A stretch of 41,247 bases of DNA from Candidatus Acidiferrales bacterium (GCA_038227545.1 JBBRPU010000001.1:1-41247), one strand, 5' to 3'; positions 28,470 through 38,380 are shown, counted from the stretch's first letter. Numbers and translations are program-made. The notes: generated by a model from the letters alone, not told the origin.

Positions 28470-29495
28470 TTAGTGAACAGGCGCGGTGGCCACGCCGACG
28501 GTTTTGTCAGCTCCGCCATAATAGAAAAGCCAGCGCTTGTCGTCTTTGACGGCGCCTTCAACGAAAACTACGTTTGGAACCTGTCCGATTTTTTCCCATT
28601 CTTTTTCAGGTCCGAACACTGGGTGTTCGGAACGCGCGAGAACCTTGGTAGGATCCTTCTTGTCAAACAATACCCAGCCGGTGGAGTACACGAGGTTGTC
28701 CGCTGCCCCGTTATAAACCAGAAAAATTCCTTCAGGAGTAATTACCGGGGCGGGTCCCGGCTCCACGACCTGCGAATCGAAAGTACCAGGGCGGCTGGCC
28801 ACCACGGGATGGTCCAGCACTTCATTCCAGTGAAGTAAATCATCAGAGGAAGCCACACCCATCTGGCTGTCTTTGCCCTTCGCGTCGGCGAGATAGTACA
28901 TCCAGTATTTGCCGTTAATTTTTTCGGGAACGATGGCCCCGGATTTGGTCCACTTCACATTCCACTTGCCGGTGTATCCGGGAATGATAATGCCGCGACG
29001 TTCCCAGTGAATCAGATCTTTCGAAGTGGCCAGGCAAAGCTGCGCATCTTTTTTGTCGGCGGCAGAGCCATCCACGTTGTTGTAACCGGTGTAGGTCAAA
29101 TAATATGTGTCGCCGAATTTCTGCAGGCGCGGGTCTTCCACACCGCCGCCTTTTTCATAGGGGGCTTCTGCCGCCAAGACCGGCTGCGGCCGGCGAGTAA
29201 AGTGAACGCCATCGTCACTGGTGGCATAGCCGAGCGAAGACGTGCCTTTGTGATCTTGTGCGCGGTAGAGCATGACAAACTTGCCGTCTTTTTTTACCAC
29301 CGACGGGTTGAAGGTGCCGGCGGATTCCCATCCGTCACCTTGCGGCGAAATGATCGGATCTTCGGAGACGCGCGTCCACTTTCCGAACGGAGGTGCGAAA
29401 GGAGCAGCAGCAATAGCCGCCACGCCGATTGCGATTACCGCTGTGGTCGCCGCTATTCTGCAAGAACGGGTAAAAAACGGTTTCGTGTTGACCAT
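28470..29495 (-). CDS. Secreted GH130 family glycosidase (beta-mannoside-active, probably hydrolytic)
   Basis: Signal peptide; TFNPSV, LYRAQD, VEDPR, TYTGY, TKSG, VEPGP, WEKIGQVPNVVF, YYGGAD. Confidence 0.85.
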   Translation of the reverse strand: MVNTKPFFTRSCRIAATTAVIAIGVAAIAAAPFAPPFGKWTRVSEDPIISPQGDGWESAGTFNPSVVKKDGKFVMLYRAQDHKGTSSLGYATSDDGVHFTRRPQPVLAAEAPYEKGGGVEDPRLQKFGDTYYLTYTGYNNVDGSAADKKDAQLCLATSKDLIHWERRGIIIPGYTGKWNVKWTKSGAIVPEKINGKYWMYYLADAKGKDSQMGVASSDDLLHWNEVLDHPVVASRPGTFDSQVVEPGPAPVITPEGIFLVYNGAADNLVYSTGWVLFDKKDPTKVLARSEHPVFGPEKEWEKIGQVPNVVFVEGAVKDDKRWLFYYGGADKTVGVATAPVH

Positions 29496-29572
29496 GAATG
29501 AATTTCTCTCCTGCTGCCGAATCTACGACGAAGCTTATGAAGACTTTGTAGAACTCTACACACCCGAATCGT

Positions 29573-31885
29573 TCAGTATTCCGCCTGCAAGCGAATAAAC
29601 GAACGGCCAGGTATTTGAATGGTCTCACCGGTAGTTTTGCCATCAGCGCGCAAATGCACGGAGCCTTGGGTTGCGCCGGGGATCGTAATGGTTGCCGTCC
29701 GAGCGGCGGGCGTGGGATTAAAAAGAATGAAATTCAGATTCTGCGGCGGAAAAGATTTAGCCTCTGTGATATCCAGCAAATCAAGACTGACGAGCATCAA
29801 TTCGCGGTCGTTGACTTTTCCGAGAGCCTCAAACATCAGGTACATCCAGAGTGTTTCGCCCGCGCCGTATATTTCCTTGCCGACGTTACCGGTCTGCCCG
29901 CCGAGCTCGAGGGTGCCAAGATTTTCAAAGGGTATGAAAGCCATCGGACCCTTCTCGCCGGGCTTCGAACAATTCTCGAAGAAATAAAAGTTATTGCGGC
30001 GCTGCTGGTCCATGAAGCGGAGCAGGCCATCGAAAACAACACCGCGTTTCATGATTCCGGTCCACGGCAGGATGGCTTCCACGTTTTCTTTGAACGCGGG
30101 ATACAGGATGGATGCGGCGGCCTGAACCATGCCGCGAATTTCGTGAGACTTCTGACTCGGATCCGAGAACCAATAGAACATGCGAAGTTGCTCATAGAGC
30201 AGGTATTTCGCTTCCGTGACCATTCCCAGTTCCGCCGCGGCCAGCGCGCCGTAGGCCAGTTCCTGCGGCTCGTGAAACAGGCGATCGGCAGGTACGGTGT
30301 ACAGAACGCGGATGGCGCGCCGTGCTTCCTCGAGATAGCTGTCCTGTTTGGTCAGGCGGTGCGCAAGGATGGCGGCCCAGGCGTACAAACCGCCCACGGC
30401 GTAGTTGGTACCTGCACCTTCGGCGCGAAGTGTGGCGACCTGATAATAAATTGGAAAGAGATAGTTGTACTCCTGGGCCATTTTTTGCGCGGTGGAGAAC
30501 GCTTTCAGAAAATGCTCGGTGATTTCTTTTGATTCGGCGAGAGAACCGATCGCCGGATACTTGATGAGTCCATTTTCGAAGGGATACCAGGAGTCCGCGC
30601 GCTCATCTTTATTGGGACGGCGAAAATCGTTGCTGATACTCCGGGTCTCGGGATTGTAAAAAACGGGCAGGTCGCCCAAAAGATCTTGGCATTCGCTTTC
30701 CAACGCAGGCGAAGGATGCAGCTTCAGATAGAGCAGCGAGGGCCACAGGACGTCGGCTACGGTCATCAGCTCGAAGTTGTCGCCCGACTGTTTCCAGATT
30801 TGCGAGCTTTCCTTTACATAAGCACGCAAGCCGCGGTGTCCATCAGCCTCTGCCTGCGTGGCCTCTTTATTTTGCAAGTCACGAACGGTGCCGGCAGCGA
30901 AATCGGTCCACGACGTTGCACAGGGCGGCCAGGACAGCTTCTCCTCAAAGAGTGGCAGCAGCGCTTCCATCCAACGCGTTACGGCCTCCTGCTCGGTAAT
31001 GAGGCGCGTGAGAGGGCGCTGCAACAGCCACCAGGTGAAGGCGACATCGCCGGCGGGAAGGACGTCTCCGGTGGCCTGATCGGCAAGCAGGCCGATGCCG
31101 AGGCGTTGCGTACCATCCTTTTCAATCTGCGAAATGCTGGAACAGCGGTAAACCAAAAAACGCGGAAGATTTTCCGCGGACATCCAGCCCATGTCGTCCA
31201 TGTCAAAAAACATCATGGTTTCGACGCCGAGGTTTTGATCCAGCAAATAAACAGCGGGCAGGTCGTTGCCTGCGGTGCCGAGAGAGTTGCGCGTCGGTTG
31301 CCCGAGTAGCACGCGACGCCAGCTTCCAGACTGGCCCTCCATGAGCGTGGAGCTGGAACTGAGCCAGGTGATGATTTGCGGTTCGAATGCGCCGTGTTGA
31401 TGAAGCTTAAGCGGCGCGGGCAGGTGGAGAGTGGTGCGGAAGCGAACCCATGGCTGGGATTGGTCTTTGTCTGAGCTGGCCAGCGCAGAGATTTCCGCGT
31501 TCCAGGTGTAAGGCAGAGGGCTTCCGTCCAGTCCTTGAGCACTGGCCCGGCCATCGCAGTGAACGGTCGAGCCGACGCGCGTTACGCGTTGAGAGATCAG
31601 AGGGAAAGATGCGCCGGAGACAACAGGAACGGCTGCGACGGTAGAAGGCTTCCACTCATCACCGATACGAAGAAAATTCTGGAAGCCGAGCAGCGTGCCC
31701 TCAGGAGATATGCGTAGCTGCTGCCCCGCCGCATCCAGGCTGATGGAATGAGCATCACCCGCGGATTCGTTTGATACGAGTAGGGGTTGGCCAATACTTC
31801 TGTGAAGAGCCGCGTAAGCCGGAGATACGCCGGCAGCACTGGCCAGAAGTGTTTTTACAAAAATGCGCCGGTTAGGAGGATTCAT
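29573..31885 (-). CDS. Tat-exported hypothetical protein, beta-rich N-half plus helical (possible alpha/alpha barrel) C-half
   Basis: NRRIFVK twin-arginine signal; 770-aa ORF; no family I can name. Confidence 0.75.
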   Translation of the reverse strand: MNPPNRRIFVKTLLASAAGVSPAYAALHRSIGQPLLVSNESAGDAHSISLDAAGQQLRISPEGTLLGFQNFLRIGDEWKPSTVAAVPVVSGASFPLISQRVTRVGSTVHCDGRASAQGLDGSPLPYTWNAEISALASSDKDQSQPWVRFRTTLHLPAPLKLHQHGAFEPQIITWLSSSSTLMEGQSGSWRRVLLGQPTRNSLGTAGNDLPAVYLLDQNLGVETMMFFDMDDMGWMSAENLPRFLVYRCSSISQIEKDGTQRLGIGLLADQATGDVLPAGDVAFTWWLLQRPLTRLITEQEAVTRWMEALLPLFEEKLSWPPCATSWTDFAAGTVRDLQNKEATQAEADGHRGLRAYVKESSQIWKQSGDNFELMTVADVLWPSLLYLKLHPSPALESECQDLLGDLPVFYNPETRSISNDFRRPNKDERADSWYPFENGLIKYPAIGSLAESKEITEHFLKAFSTAQKMAQEYNYLFPIYYQVATLRAEGAGTNYAVGGLYAWAAILAHRLTKQDSYLEEARRAIRVLYTVPADRLFHEPQELAYGALAAAELGMVTEAKYLLYEQLRMFYWFSDPSQKSHEIRGMVQAAASILYPAFKENVEAILPWTGIMKRGVVFDGLLRFMDQQRRNNFYFFENCSKPGEKGPMAFIPFENLGTLELGGQTGNVGKEIYGAGETLWMYLMFEALGKVNDRELMLVSLDLLDITEAKSFPPQNLNFILFNPTPAARTATITIPGATQGSVHLRADGKTTGETIQIPGRSFIRLQAEY

Positions 31886-31906
31886 CTTGCGGGAAACCCG
31901 AGCGAG

Positions 31907-31940
31907 AAAAACTCGGGCCCACTAAGAACGTGAGCCCGAG
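31907..31940 (-). terminator. Intra-operon terminator or stabilising hairpin after the TonB-dependent receptor
   Basis: Minus strand CTCGGGCTCAC-GTTCTTA-GTGGGCCCGAG-TTTTT. Confidence 0.75.
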
Positions 31941-31951
31941 GAAGCAACGTT

Positions 31952-34900
31952 TCAATACTGAATCTTCAAAGCGAACTGAATGGTCCGCGGTCCGCTGGCG
32001 TTGGTGATGGATCCGAACCCGCAGGAGAAATGCTGATCAGGCCCATTACAGCCGGGCGCTCCCAAGGGAATGAACGGTTCGTTTAGTTTGTGATCACCGA
32101 CGCTGGGTTGATAGATGTGCCGATTGAAGATGTTAAAGAACTCGGCACGGAAGTCAATGGTGGCTTTCTCACCGAAGAGCCTGGTCTTTTTCCCAAAGGT
32201 GACGTCTTCGTTACGGCTTCCAAAAGTTCTGGCGCCGGCCAGGGAGCGTGGCTCATTTCCAAAGGTCAAGGGGTCTGGGACGGCGAAGGCAGCCGCGTTC
32301 CAGAACGGAGTCGTTTCGGGGTTGAAGTCTGAACTCTTATTGGTCTGGTTGACGCCTGGGATGACGTTCACACGAGCCGCGCCCGTAAAGTGGCAACCCG
32401 CAAACAAAACGTCGCCGGCGGTTCCGTTGCACTGGGCATAAACCTCTGTGGGGGTTCCCGATTTGTAGGACAAAATCGTAGAAGCATACCAGCCGCCCAG
32501 CACCCGATCGCTCACTCCACCGTGATTCATGAAGCGCTTACCCTGGCCGACCGGCAGTTCGTAGACAAAGCTGGCCACCAGGGCCTGAGGCGTATCGAGT
32601 TGGCTGACGGCCTTTTCCGCCGAACGCTGGTACGAATTCTGTCCGATAAATTCGTTGGTGCCTATGAAGCCCGAAACGCCGGGACCGGAAGAATCGGCAT
32701 CGGTAAGATTCTTCGAAACGGTGTAGGACACCAGGAAGCTGAGGCCATTGCTCATGCGCTTATCCACCTGTAATTGCATGGCGTGATAAGTGGAGTTGCC
32801 GGTGCGGTCTGGCGTGAAAGAGTTATCTTCCTGAGCGAAGTCGCCATACTGCGGGAACGGCCGCAGTAATTGATTGATCTGTCCGGTGAATCCCGCGTAA
32901 GGCAGCGTGATACCGGCTGCAATTGCGTTAGGGCATGTGCCCAAGGTGAGGCAAGAGGAATCCATGGTCAGATCATTGCCCAGTGACAGAAAAGAAGGAT
33001 TCACCTGGTTGGGAATGATGTTCAAGGCCGGAAGGTGTGTCCCCTTTGAGCCCACGTAGGCAACACTGACCATCAGGTTGCTGGTGATCTGGCGCTGAAT
33101 ATCCAGATTCCAGGTCTGAATGTCGGCCGGCCGTCCGCTGTTGCGGGGAACGAGAATCACGCCGTTGCTCCCGTTCTGACCTTCGGGAGTGAAGGGACCG
33201 GAATCCGGGAAAACCCGGGTTACGCCATTATCAATCTGGATGGGGCCGCCGTTTGTCGGGGAAATTGTCTGGCGGTTGAAGAAGCCCAGACCGTCCTGAT
33301 CGGCGAAGGAGCCTTCTTTAAGAGGCTGATAAAAGATTCCGTAGCCGCCGCGGAACACGGTCTTGTCATTAATGCTGTATGCGAACCCTACGCGCGGGCC
33401 GAATGCCTTTTTGTAAATATCCTGAGGGCGGCTTCTGTCGTTCCGCCCGGGGCCTGCTCCGAAATATGTGTAAGCACCAGGAATTCCTCCGGCACCAGGA
33501 TTTGGCAAGTTTGGATCAACCGCCGAAAACCGGTTAAACGCTTCCTTGGCTGGCAGGTCGAAGTCATAGCGCAACCCGTAGTTGATGGTCAGGCGAGGAC
33601 GCAGCTTGTAGGTGTCCTGGGCATAAAACGAAATGTCCTTGTAGCGGACTCCGCTGAAGGCGCCGTAGTTCAACGTGGAAGTGTTAACCAGGCCAAACAG
33701 TGCGCTGGCCAACGGATCTCCACCGACTCCATTCAAGCTGGTTTCCTGAGCGTTGAAGTCAAATTCCCCAGAAGCCTGGGTGAGGCGACGCACGTTGAAC
33801 TGCAGCATGCGGAGCTCTCCGCCGAATTTAAAGTTGTGCTTGCCTTTTACCCAGCTGACCGAATCATCCATCTGGTAAACGTTGTCGGCAAATTCCGAGT
33901 CGCCGCAATTGTTCAGAATATTTTCATAGGAAGCACCGGTGAATTTGACGCAGGGGAATGTGGTGTTCTGCACGCCGGTGAGCCCAATCTTCTCCGGGTA
34001 GTTCTGTCCGATGGTGCCCGCCAATTCGGCGCGGTAGCGGCGACTGAATCCAAAGAGAAACTGGTTCACGACGGAAGGGGAAAATATATAGTTGTCGCTG
34101 AAGCGCGCATAACGGGTGTTCTGCGGGCCGGTAGAACCAAACAGCGGACCGAGGTCGGAGGCGCCACCAGTGTTCGTATTATCATAATCGAAGCCGCCTG
34201 AAATTCTGTGTTTGTCCGAGAAGTTGTGGTCAATCTTGATATCGAAAAGATTAGCGGTGGTCTTCGTAACGGTGGTGTCGAGTACGTTGTTACCGACGGC
34301 GCCCGAGGTTGGAGGCAAGAGTGCCAGGATATTGCTGACGACCGTGCTGGGAGTGTAATTCGGATCGTTGGTCAGGATGTTGCCCGGGATCGGGTCGTGG
34401 GTGACCGGATCATAAAGCTGTGTTGTAGGAAGCAAGCTTGAGAAATCTCCGGCCCGCAGCGCTTCATTCGGGAAGGTTCGTAAATTGGAGCTGCCAGTCT
34501 TGAAGCGGAAACCTTCATAGGCAAAGAAGAAAAACGTCTTATCCCGGCCGTTGTAAATGTGTGGGAAGCGAATGGGGCCGCCAACGGTGGCGCCGAAATC
34601 GTTCTGAGTGTTGACGGACTTGGGGGAACCGTTGGTGTTGTTCGTCCAGCTGTTGGCGTCCAGCGCGCGGTTGCGATAGTAATCGTAAACAGAGAAATGA
34701 AGGTTATTGGTGCCGGACTTCAAAGTAAGACTGATAATGCCGTCGCCAGACTGGCCATATTCAGGAGAAAAATTGCTCTGCAGGACTTTGAATTCCTGAA
34801 CTGCGTCAGTGGACACACCCTTGTTCCACTGAGTATTCGGGGAAACCAGCGAAATCGAAACGCCATCCACCAGGATGTCCGTGCCGCCTTCCTGGCCTCC

Positions 34901-35449
34901 ATTTACTTTGAAGTCGTCCGACGAATTGCTTCCAGGATTATTGTCCACGTTACCCACGAAGCCGGGAACCAGAGTGATGAACTGCACCGGATTGCGTACC
35001 GTGCCTGAGACTTCCAGCGGAAGATTCTGAACGAGGGAATTCTGAACGGTGGCACCGATGTCGGAAGTGGCGGTATCCAATTGAGTGGCATCCGCGGTAA
35101 CAGTGACATTTTCGGAGACTCCGCCTAGCTGCATCGCCACATCAAGCGTTGCGGTACTGCCCGTCTGAACGGTTACACCTTCGCGCGTGTACTTCTTGAG
35201 GCTCGGCCCTTCCACGGTTACGGAGTACCGTCCTGGAGGAAGGTTAGCCAGGGAATACAGGCCAGCATCACTGGTTACAGTGGCGATGGAGAGGCCGGTG
35301 TCAAGGTTCCGACCGGTTACGTTGGCACCGACAACGGCGGACCCGCTCGGGTCCGTAACTGTTCCTTGAATGTTTCCGTTGGTGGTCTGGGCTCGAAGGC
35401 CAGCCGCAGAAGCGAACAACAAAATCAATGTGCAGATAAGACTTTTCAC
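31952..35449 (-). CDS. TonB-dependent receptor (Oar-like) with N-terminal carboxypeptidase-regulatory-like domain
   Basis: Signal peptide from GTG 35449; GTVTDPSG, plug motifs NLPL and VQEFKV, KSGTN, GPRVGFAY, RAEFFNIFN; C-terminal PRTIQFALKIQY. Confidence 0.93.
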   Translation of the reverse strand: MKSLICTLILLFASAAGLRAQTTNGNIQGTVTDPSGSAVVGANVTGRNLDTGLSIATVTSDAGLYSLANLPPGRYSVTVEGPSLKKYTREGVTVQTGSTATLDVAMQLGGVSENVTVTADATQLDTATSDIGATVQNSLVQNLPLEVSGTVRNPVQFITLVPGFVGNVDNNPGSNSSDDFKVNGGQEGGTDILVDGVSISLVSPNTQWNKGVSTDAVQEFKVLQSNFSPEYGQSGDGIISLTLKSGTNNLHFSVYDYYRNRALDANSWTNNTNGSPKSVNTQNDFGATVGGPIRFPHIYNGRDKTFFFFAYEGFRFKTGSSNLRTFPNEALRAGDFSSLLPTTQLYDPVTHDPIPGNILTNDPNYTPSTVVSNILALLPPTSGAVGNNVLDTTVTKTTANLFDIKIDHNFSDKHRISGGFDYDNTNTGGASDLGPLFGSTGPQNTRYARFSDNYIFSPSVVNQFLFGFSRRYRAELAGTIGQNYPEKIGLTGVQNTTFPCVKFTGASYENILNNCGDSEFADNVYQMDDSVSWVKGKHNFKFGGELRMLQFNVRRLTQASGEFDFNAQETSLNGVGGDPLASALFGLVNTSTLNYGAFSGVRYKDISFYAQDTYKLRPRLTINYGLRYDFDLPAKEAFNRFSAVDPNLPNPGAGGIPGAYTYFGAGPGRNDRSRPQDIYKKAFGPRVGFAYSINDKTVFRGGYGIFYQPLKEGSFADQDGLGFFNRQTISPTNGGPIQIDNGVTRVFPDSGPFTPEGQNGSNGVILVPRNSGRPADIQTWNLDIQRQITSNLMVSVAYVGSKGTHLPALNIIPNQVNPSFLSLGNDLTMDSSCLTLGTCPNAIAAGITLPYAGFTGQINQLLRPFPQYGDFAQEDNSFTPDRTGNSTYHAMQLQVDKRMSNGLSFLVSYTVSKNLTDADSSGPGVSGFIGTNEFIGQNSYQRSAEKAVSQLDTPQALVASFVYELPVGQGKRFMNHGGVSDRVLGGWYASTILSYKSGTPTEVYAQCNGTAGDVLFAGCHFTGAARVNVIPGVNQTNKSSDFNPETTPFWNAAAFAVPDPLTFGNEPRSLAGARTFGSRNEDVTFGKKTRLFGEKATIDFRAEFFNIFNRHIYQPSVGDHKLNEPFIPLGAPGCNGPDQHFSCGFGSITNASGPRTIQFALKIQY

Positions 35450-35562
35450 AGATTTTTTCCCCTTGGAGTTCGATCCGACTCTAGATGGACGCAAAGAAGA
35501 TGTCGCGAAGCTGAACTCTTACCCCTTGAACCATCGTGAAAACAAAACGTTACATACCACAC

Positions 35563-35578
35563 AGCAGATCCTCTGCCA
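35563..35578 (-). promoter_or_regulatory. Candidate sigma-54 (-24/-12) promoter for the receptor operon
   Basis: Minus strand TGGCAGAGGATCTGCT, i.e. GG-N10-GC with TGGCA and TGCT elements. Confidence 0.5.
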
Positions 35579-35640
35579 TCCCTAGTGCTTTCATACTAGG
35601 GCCACGATTTGAGTGGATACTCGACCTATTTACCGCAGAA

Positions 35641-35678
35641 GGAAAGGGGCTCACACGTGAATTCATGGTGATTCACTG
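35641..35678. promoter_or_regulatory. Duplicated 38-bp regulatory box, copy A
   Basis: GGAAAGGG-gc-TCACACGTGAA-ttcat-GGTGATTCACTG; 33/38 identical to 38600-38637. Confidence 0.8.
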
Positions 35679-35788
35679 AGCTAACACCCGTATTACGCTC
35701 GCCCGTTACAATCTGACGCTTTCCTTTATTATTCTGAGCTCTGCCCTGACCCGGCAGTGCACTTAAGGTGCCTCTAATCAATACCGTT

Positions 35789-38380
35789 TTACAGATTAAT
35801 CTTCTCAATTGCGGAGTGATCGGGGTCCATATCGGGGGTACGCATGCCCGCCAATTCCAGCGCCTGGCACACAAACGAATTCCAGGCGAATACGCGATGG
35901 AACCCGAAGAAGGGATTAGCAGGAGCGGTGGCGATATATTCCTGACTGGTGGGGAAGTTCGGATCAATGTTAATTTCCGCCCATAGGCGGTTGGCGATGG
36001 CCTCCTTACACCGGGTCCATCCGTGGAGCTTGCCGGCCACATACCCGCAAATTTCAATGCGCATCCAGCTGCCGCCGTTGTAATACATTCCATCGGCGCC
36101 ATGATTCGCGTAACCGCGGGCGAACGAATCGCTGATCATCGGGTGCCAGGTGTCGGTAAAATATCTCCACGGCTGGTCGCCTTCCGGCAAACCGATGAGT
36201 ATGGGGCGCACCGTGCCGTTCTCAGCGGGATACGGACAGTCCTTACGGGCCATCATGGTCGGAATGCGATCCAGGTGGTTAACCACCATTTCGTCGGTAA
36301 GAATTTTGCGCTGGAAAAGCCACAACGAGAGGAACTCCGGGAAGATTTCCGCGAAACCGATAGCGTCGTCAATGTCGCGCGCGGGCCGCATGAACTTTTT
36401 AGCTGCATCGTAGTAGCTGCGATAGAGCTCTTCCGACTTTGCAAGGTGCGCGTCTTGAATTGTTTCGCTGATGCCGGGAATACGCAGCTCCTTGATCGCT
36501 CGCAAGGTGACCGCCAGCACGCCCTGATTCTCACAAATGATGGAAGTGCCTTCGGGATAGCGAATCACGTCGAGCTGGCCCATGACAAATTGCGCGGTAC
36601 ACCGGCCCTCGCGGCGCGGATCATAGGCGCGGATGCAGTACTCTGCGGCCTTGCGCAATTTCTCCGTGGGCAGCCGTGTGCCGAAACGACGGCGATTGAG
36701 CAGTGCCCACAGCAACCAGAGCGGGGTCGAATCGTTGGATTTACGCTCCACGTTGGCGAGATTGGGCTCCACCAGGGTGTTGATGGCTCCGTCCGCTCCC
36801 TGATTTTCTGCCCACAGGTTGAAGACGCTTTCGTTCAGTTCGCGATTGTGAAGGCCATTCAGGGCGAAAAAACTGTCTCGCATATACATCTCGCCGGCGG
36901 CCGAATACCAGATACTCGGCGCGAGTACCGGGCGGAAGCTTTCAGGACCGGCGATCCAGGAAAGCATCATCACGTCGGCGTAGACAACTTTTTCAGCGTC
37001 GCCACCCTGGAAGCCGAGGCCTTCTGCGAGATGTAGTTGGCTCGCCAGACGATGTCCGCGCACCGTGTCGGGAACTTTTTCATCGGCGAAAACAAAAATG
37101 GTTTTTTCGATCGCGCGCCCCATTTCCAAACGGTGATATGGCTCAGTGTGACCGGCCAGTCGCTGAACTTTTAAATCTTGTACTTCGATCTTTGTGGGAG
37201 TTTCGGCGTCCACGTTCTTAGCTTGCTCCGAAGGGGCCATGGAAATGAATAAGGCGCAACCGCGGCCTTGCAGGCCGGGCATAAAAACTTCGGTTTGAAA
37301 GTCGCCCCAGGCCGTCGGGGATTCGGGAACTGCGTCGTTATACAAGGTGATTTCGGAAATCTTGCGGAACTGCTCATCCACATTCCATATCCCAAAGGCC
37401 ACAGGTGCAGTGGCACGATATTTAACGTTTATGGAGTAGACAGCGGGGCCGCTGGCTGCGAATGGAATGAGCACGCCAGTTTCAGAATTGCGCGTTGAGA
37501 TGGCGGCTACGCCACTATTTGCTTGGAGGATGACTGAGCCCTGCCTCCTCCAGGAAGAAACGTCGGGCAGCGCGACGGCTTGAGCCTTCTCTCTTCCTTC
37601 TGGGGATACGAGCACTTCGCCAAAGGTTTGCTGAATGAAATCGCCATCGCCATTCTGTTGCCCCGCCGGGGAACCAGAGTAAAGATTCACGTCGGGTATG
37701 CGGGCAGGCGCAGGTTTCACGGGCCTGCCGTCGCGGCGGATCATGCGAGTCCACTGATTGCGGAAACCGGCATCGGTCAGCAGGCCGATACACAGGCCAC
37801 CGCTGGTGCGGAATCCGGCGGCGGGGAAATACTCGCGCAAAGCTTCGCCGCGCCAATTCAGTTGGTCAAAGCTCCAGAATTTCGCGGGAGGCTCCTGGGG
37901 CTCCAGACGGTTTGTCAACTGGTAGAAAACCAGAAGCATATCGGCTTGGCACAGGCGGATTTTCTTTCGCACGACGTGTTCAGTGACGACCTGGTAATCG
38001 ATACTGGCGGTGACCGTGGTGTTCAGGTTGGTTAGTTTGCATTCGCCCGTCAGCGTGACGTGGGTAGAATTTCCGGTCCACGAGGTGGCCTTCCAGACGT
38101 TCACGCGGTCCTCGACGCTGCGTTCTTCGTTCTGGAATAAACCGGAAAATTCACCGCCTCGATCCTGCCCGGCAAAAGGCTTGCCGCGAAGCAAAAACGA
38201 TACGTGGTAACCGTGCGCGGCGTCGCCCATGACTCGCAGCGCCAATCCATTCTCCTCGTCAGCCATTTCCGTTGTTCTGGCGCTCCCCGGTAAAACGCCG
38301 TTAGCGATTTGCCCAATGACCAGGCCTCCGGTAATGGATTGCTTAATAAAGCGGCGTCGTGAAAAGTTTTTCTGGGGCAT
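35789..38380 (-). CDS. Tat-exported putative six-hairpin glycosidase-like protein with a CBM-like insert
   Basis: SRRRFIK twin-arginine signal from ATG 38380; C-terminal YMRDSFF, DSTPLWL and YYNGGSW motifs resemble (alpha/alpha)6 glycosidases. Confidence 0.7.
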   Translation of the reverse strand: MPQKNFSRRRFIKQSITGGLVIGQIANGVLPGSARTTEMADEENGLALRVMGDAAHGYHVSFLLRGKPFAGQDRGGEFSGLFQNEERSVEDRVNVWKATSWTGNSTHVTLTGECKLTNLNTTVTASIDYQVVTEHVVRKKIRLCQADMLLVFYQLTNRLEPQEPPAKFWSFDQLNWRGEALREYFPAAGFRTSGGLCIGLLTDAGFRNQWTRMIRRDGRPVKPAPARIPDVNLYSGSPAGQQNGDGDFIQQTFGEVLVSPEGREKAQAVALPDVSSWRRQGSVILQANSGVAAISTRNSETGVLIPFAASGPAVYSINVKYRATAPVAFGIWNVDEQFRKISEITLYNDAVPESPTAWGDFQTEVFMPGLQGRGCALFISMAPSEQAKNVDAETPTKIEVQDLKVQRLAGHTEPYHRLEMGRAIEKTIFVFADEKVPDTVRGHRLASQLHLAEGLGFQGGDAEKVVYADVMMLSWIAGPESFRPVLAPSIWYSAAGEMYMRDSFFALNGLHNRELNESVFNLWAENQGADGAINTLVEPNLANVERKSNDSTPLWLLWALLNRRRFGTRLPTEKLRKAAEYCIRAYDPRREGRCTAQFVMGQLDVIRYPEGTSIICENQGVLAVTLRAIKELRIPGISETIQDAHLAKSEELYRSYYDAAKKFMRPARDIDDAIGFAEIFPEFLSLWLFQRKILTDEMVVNHLDRIPTMMARKDCPYPAENGTVRPILIGLPEGDQPWRYFTDTWHPMISDSFARGYANHGADGMYYNGGSWMRIEICGYVAGKLHGWTRCKEAIANRLWAEINIDPNFPTSQEYIATAPANPFFGFHRVFAWNSFVCQALELAGMRTPDMDPDHSAIEKINL

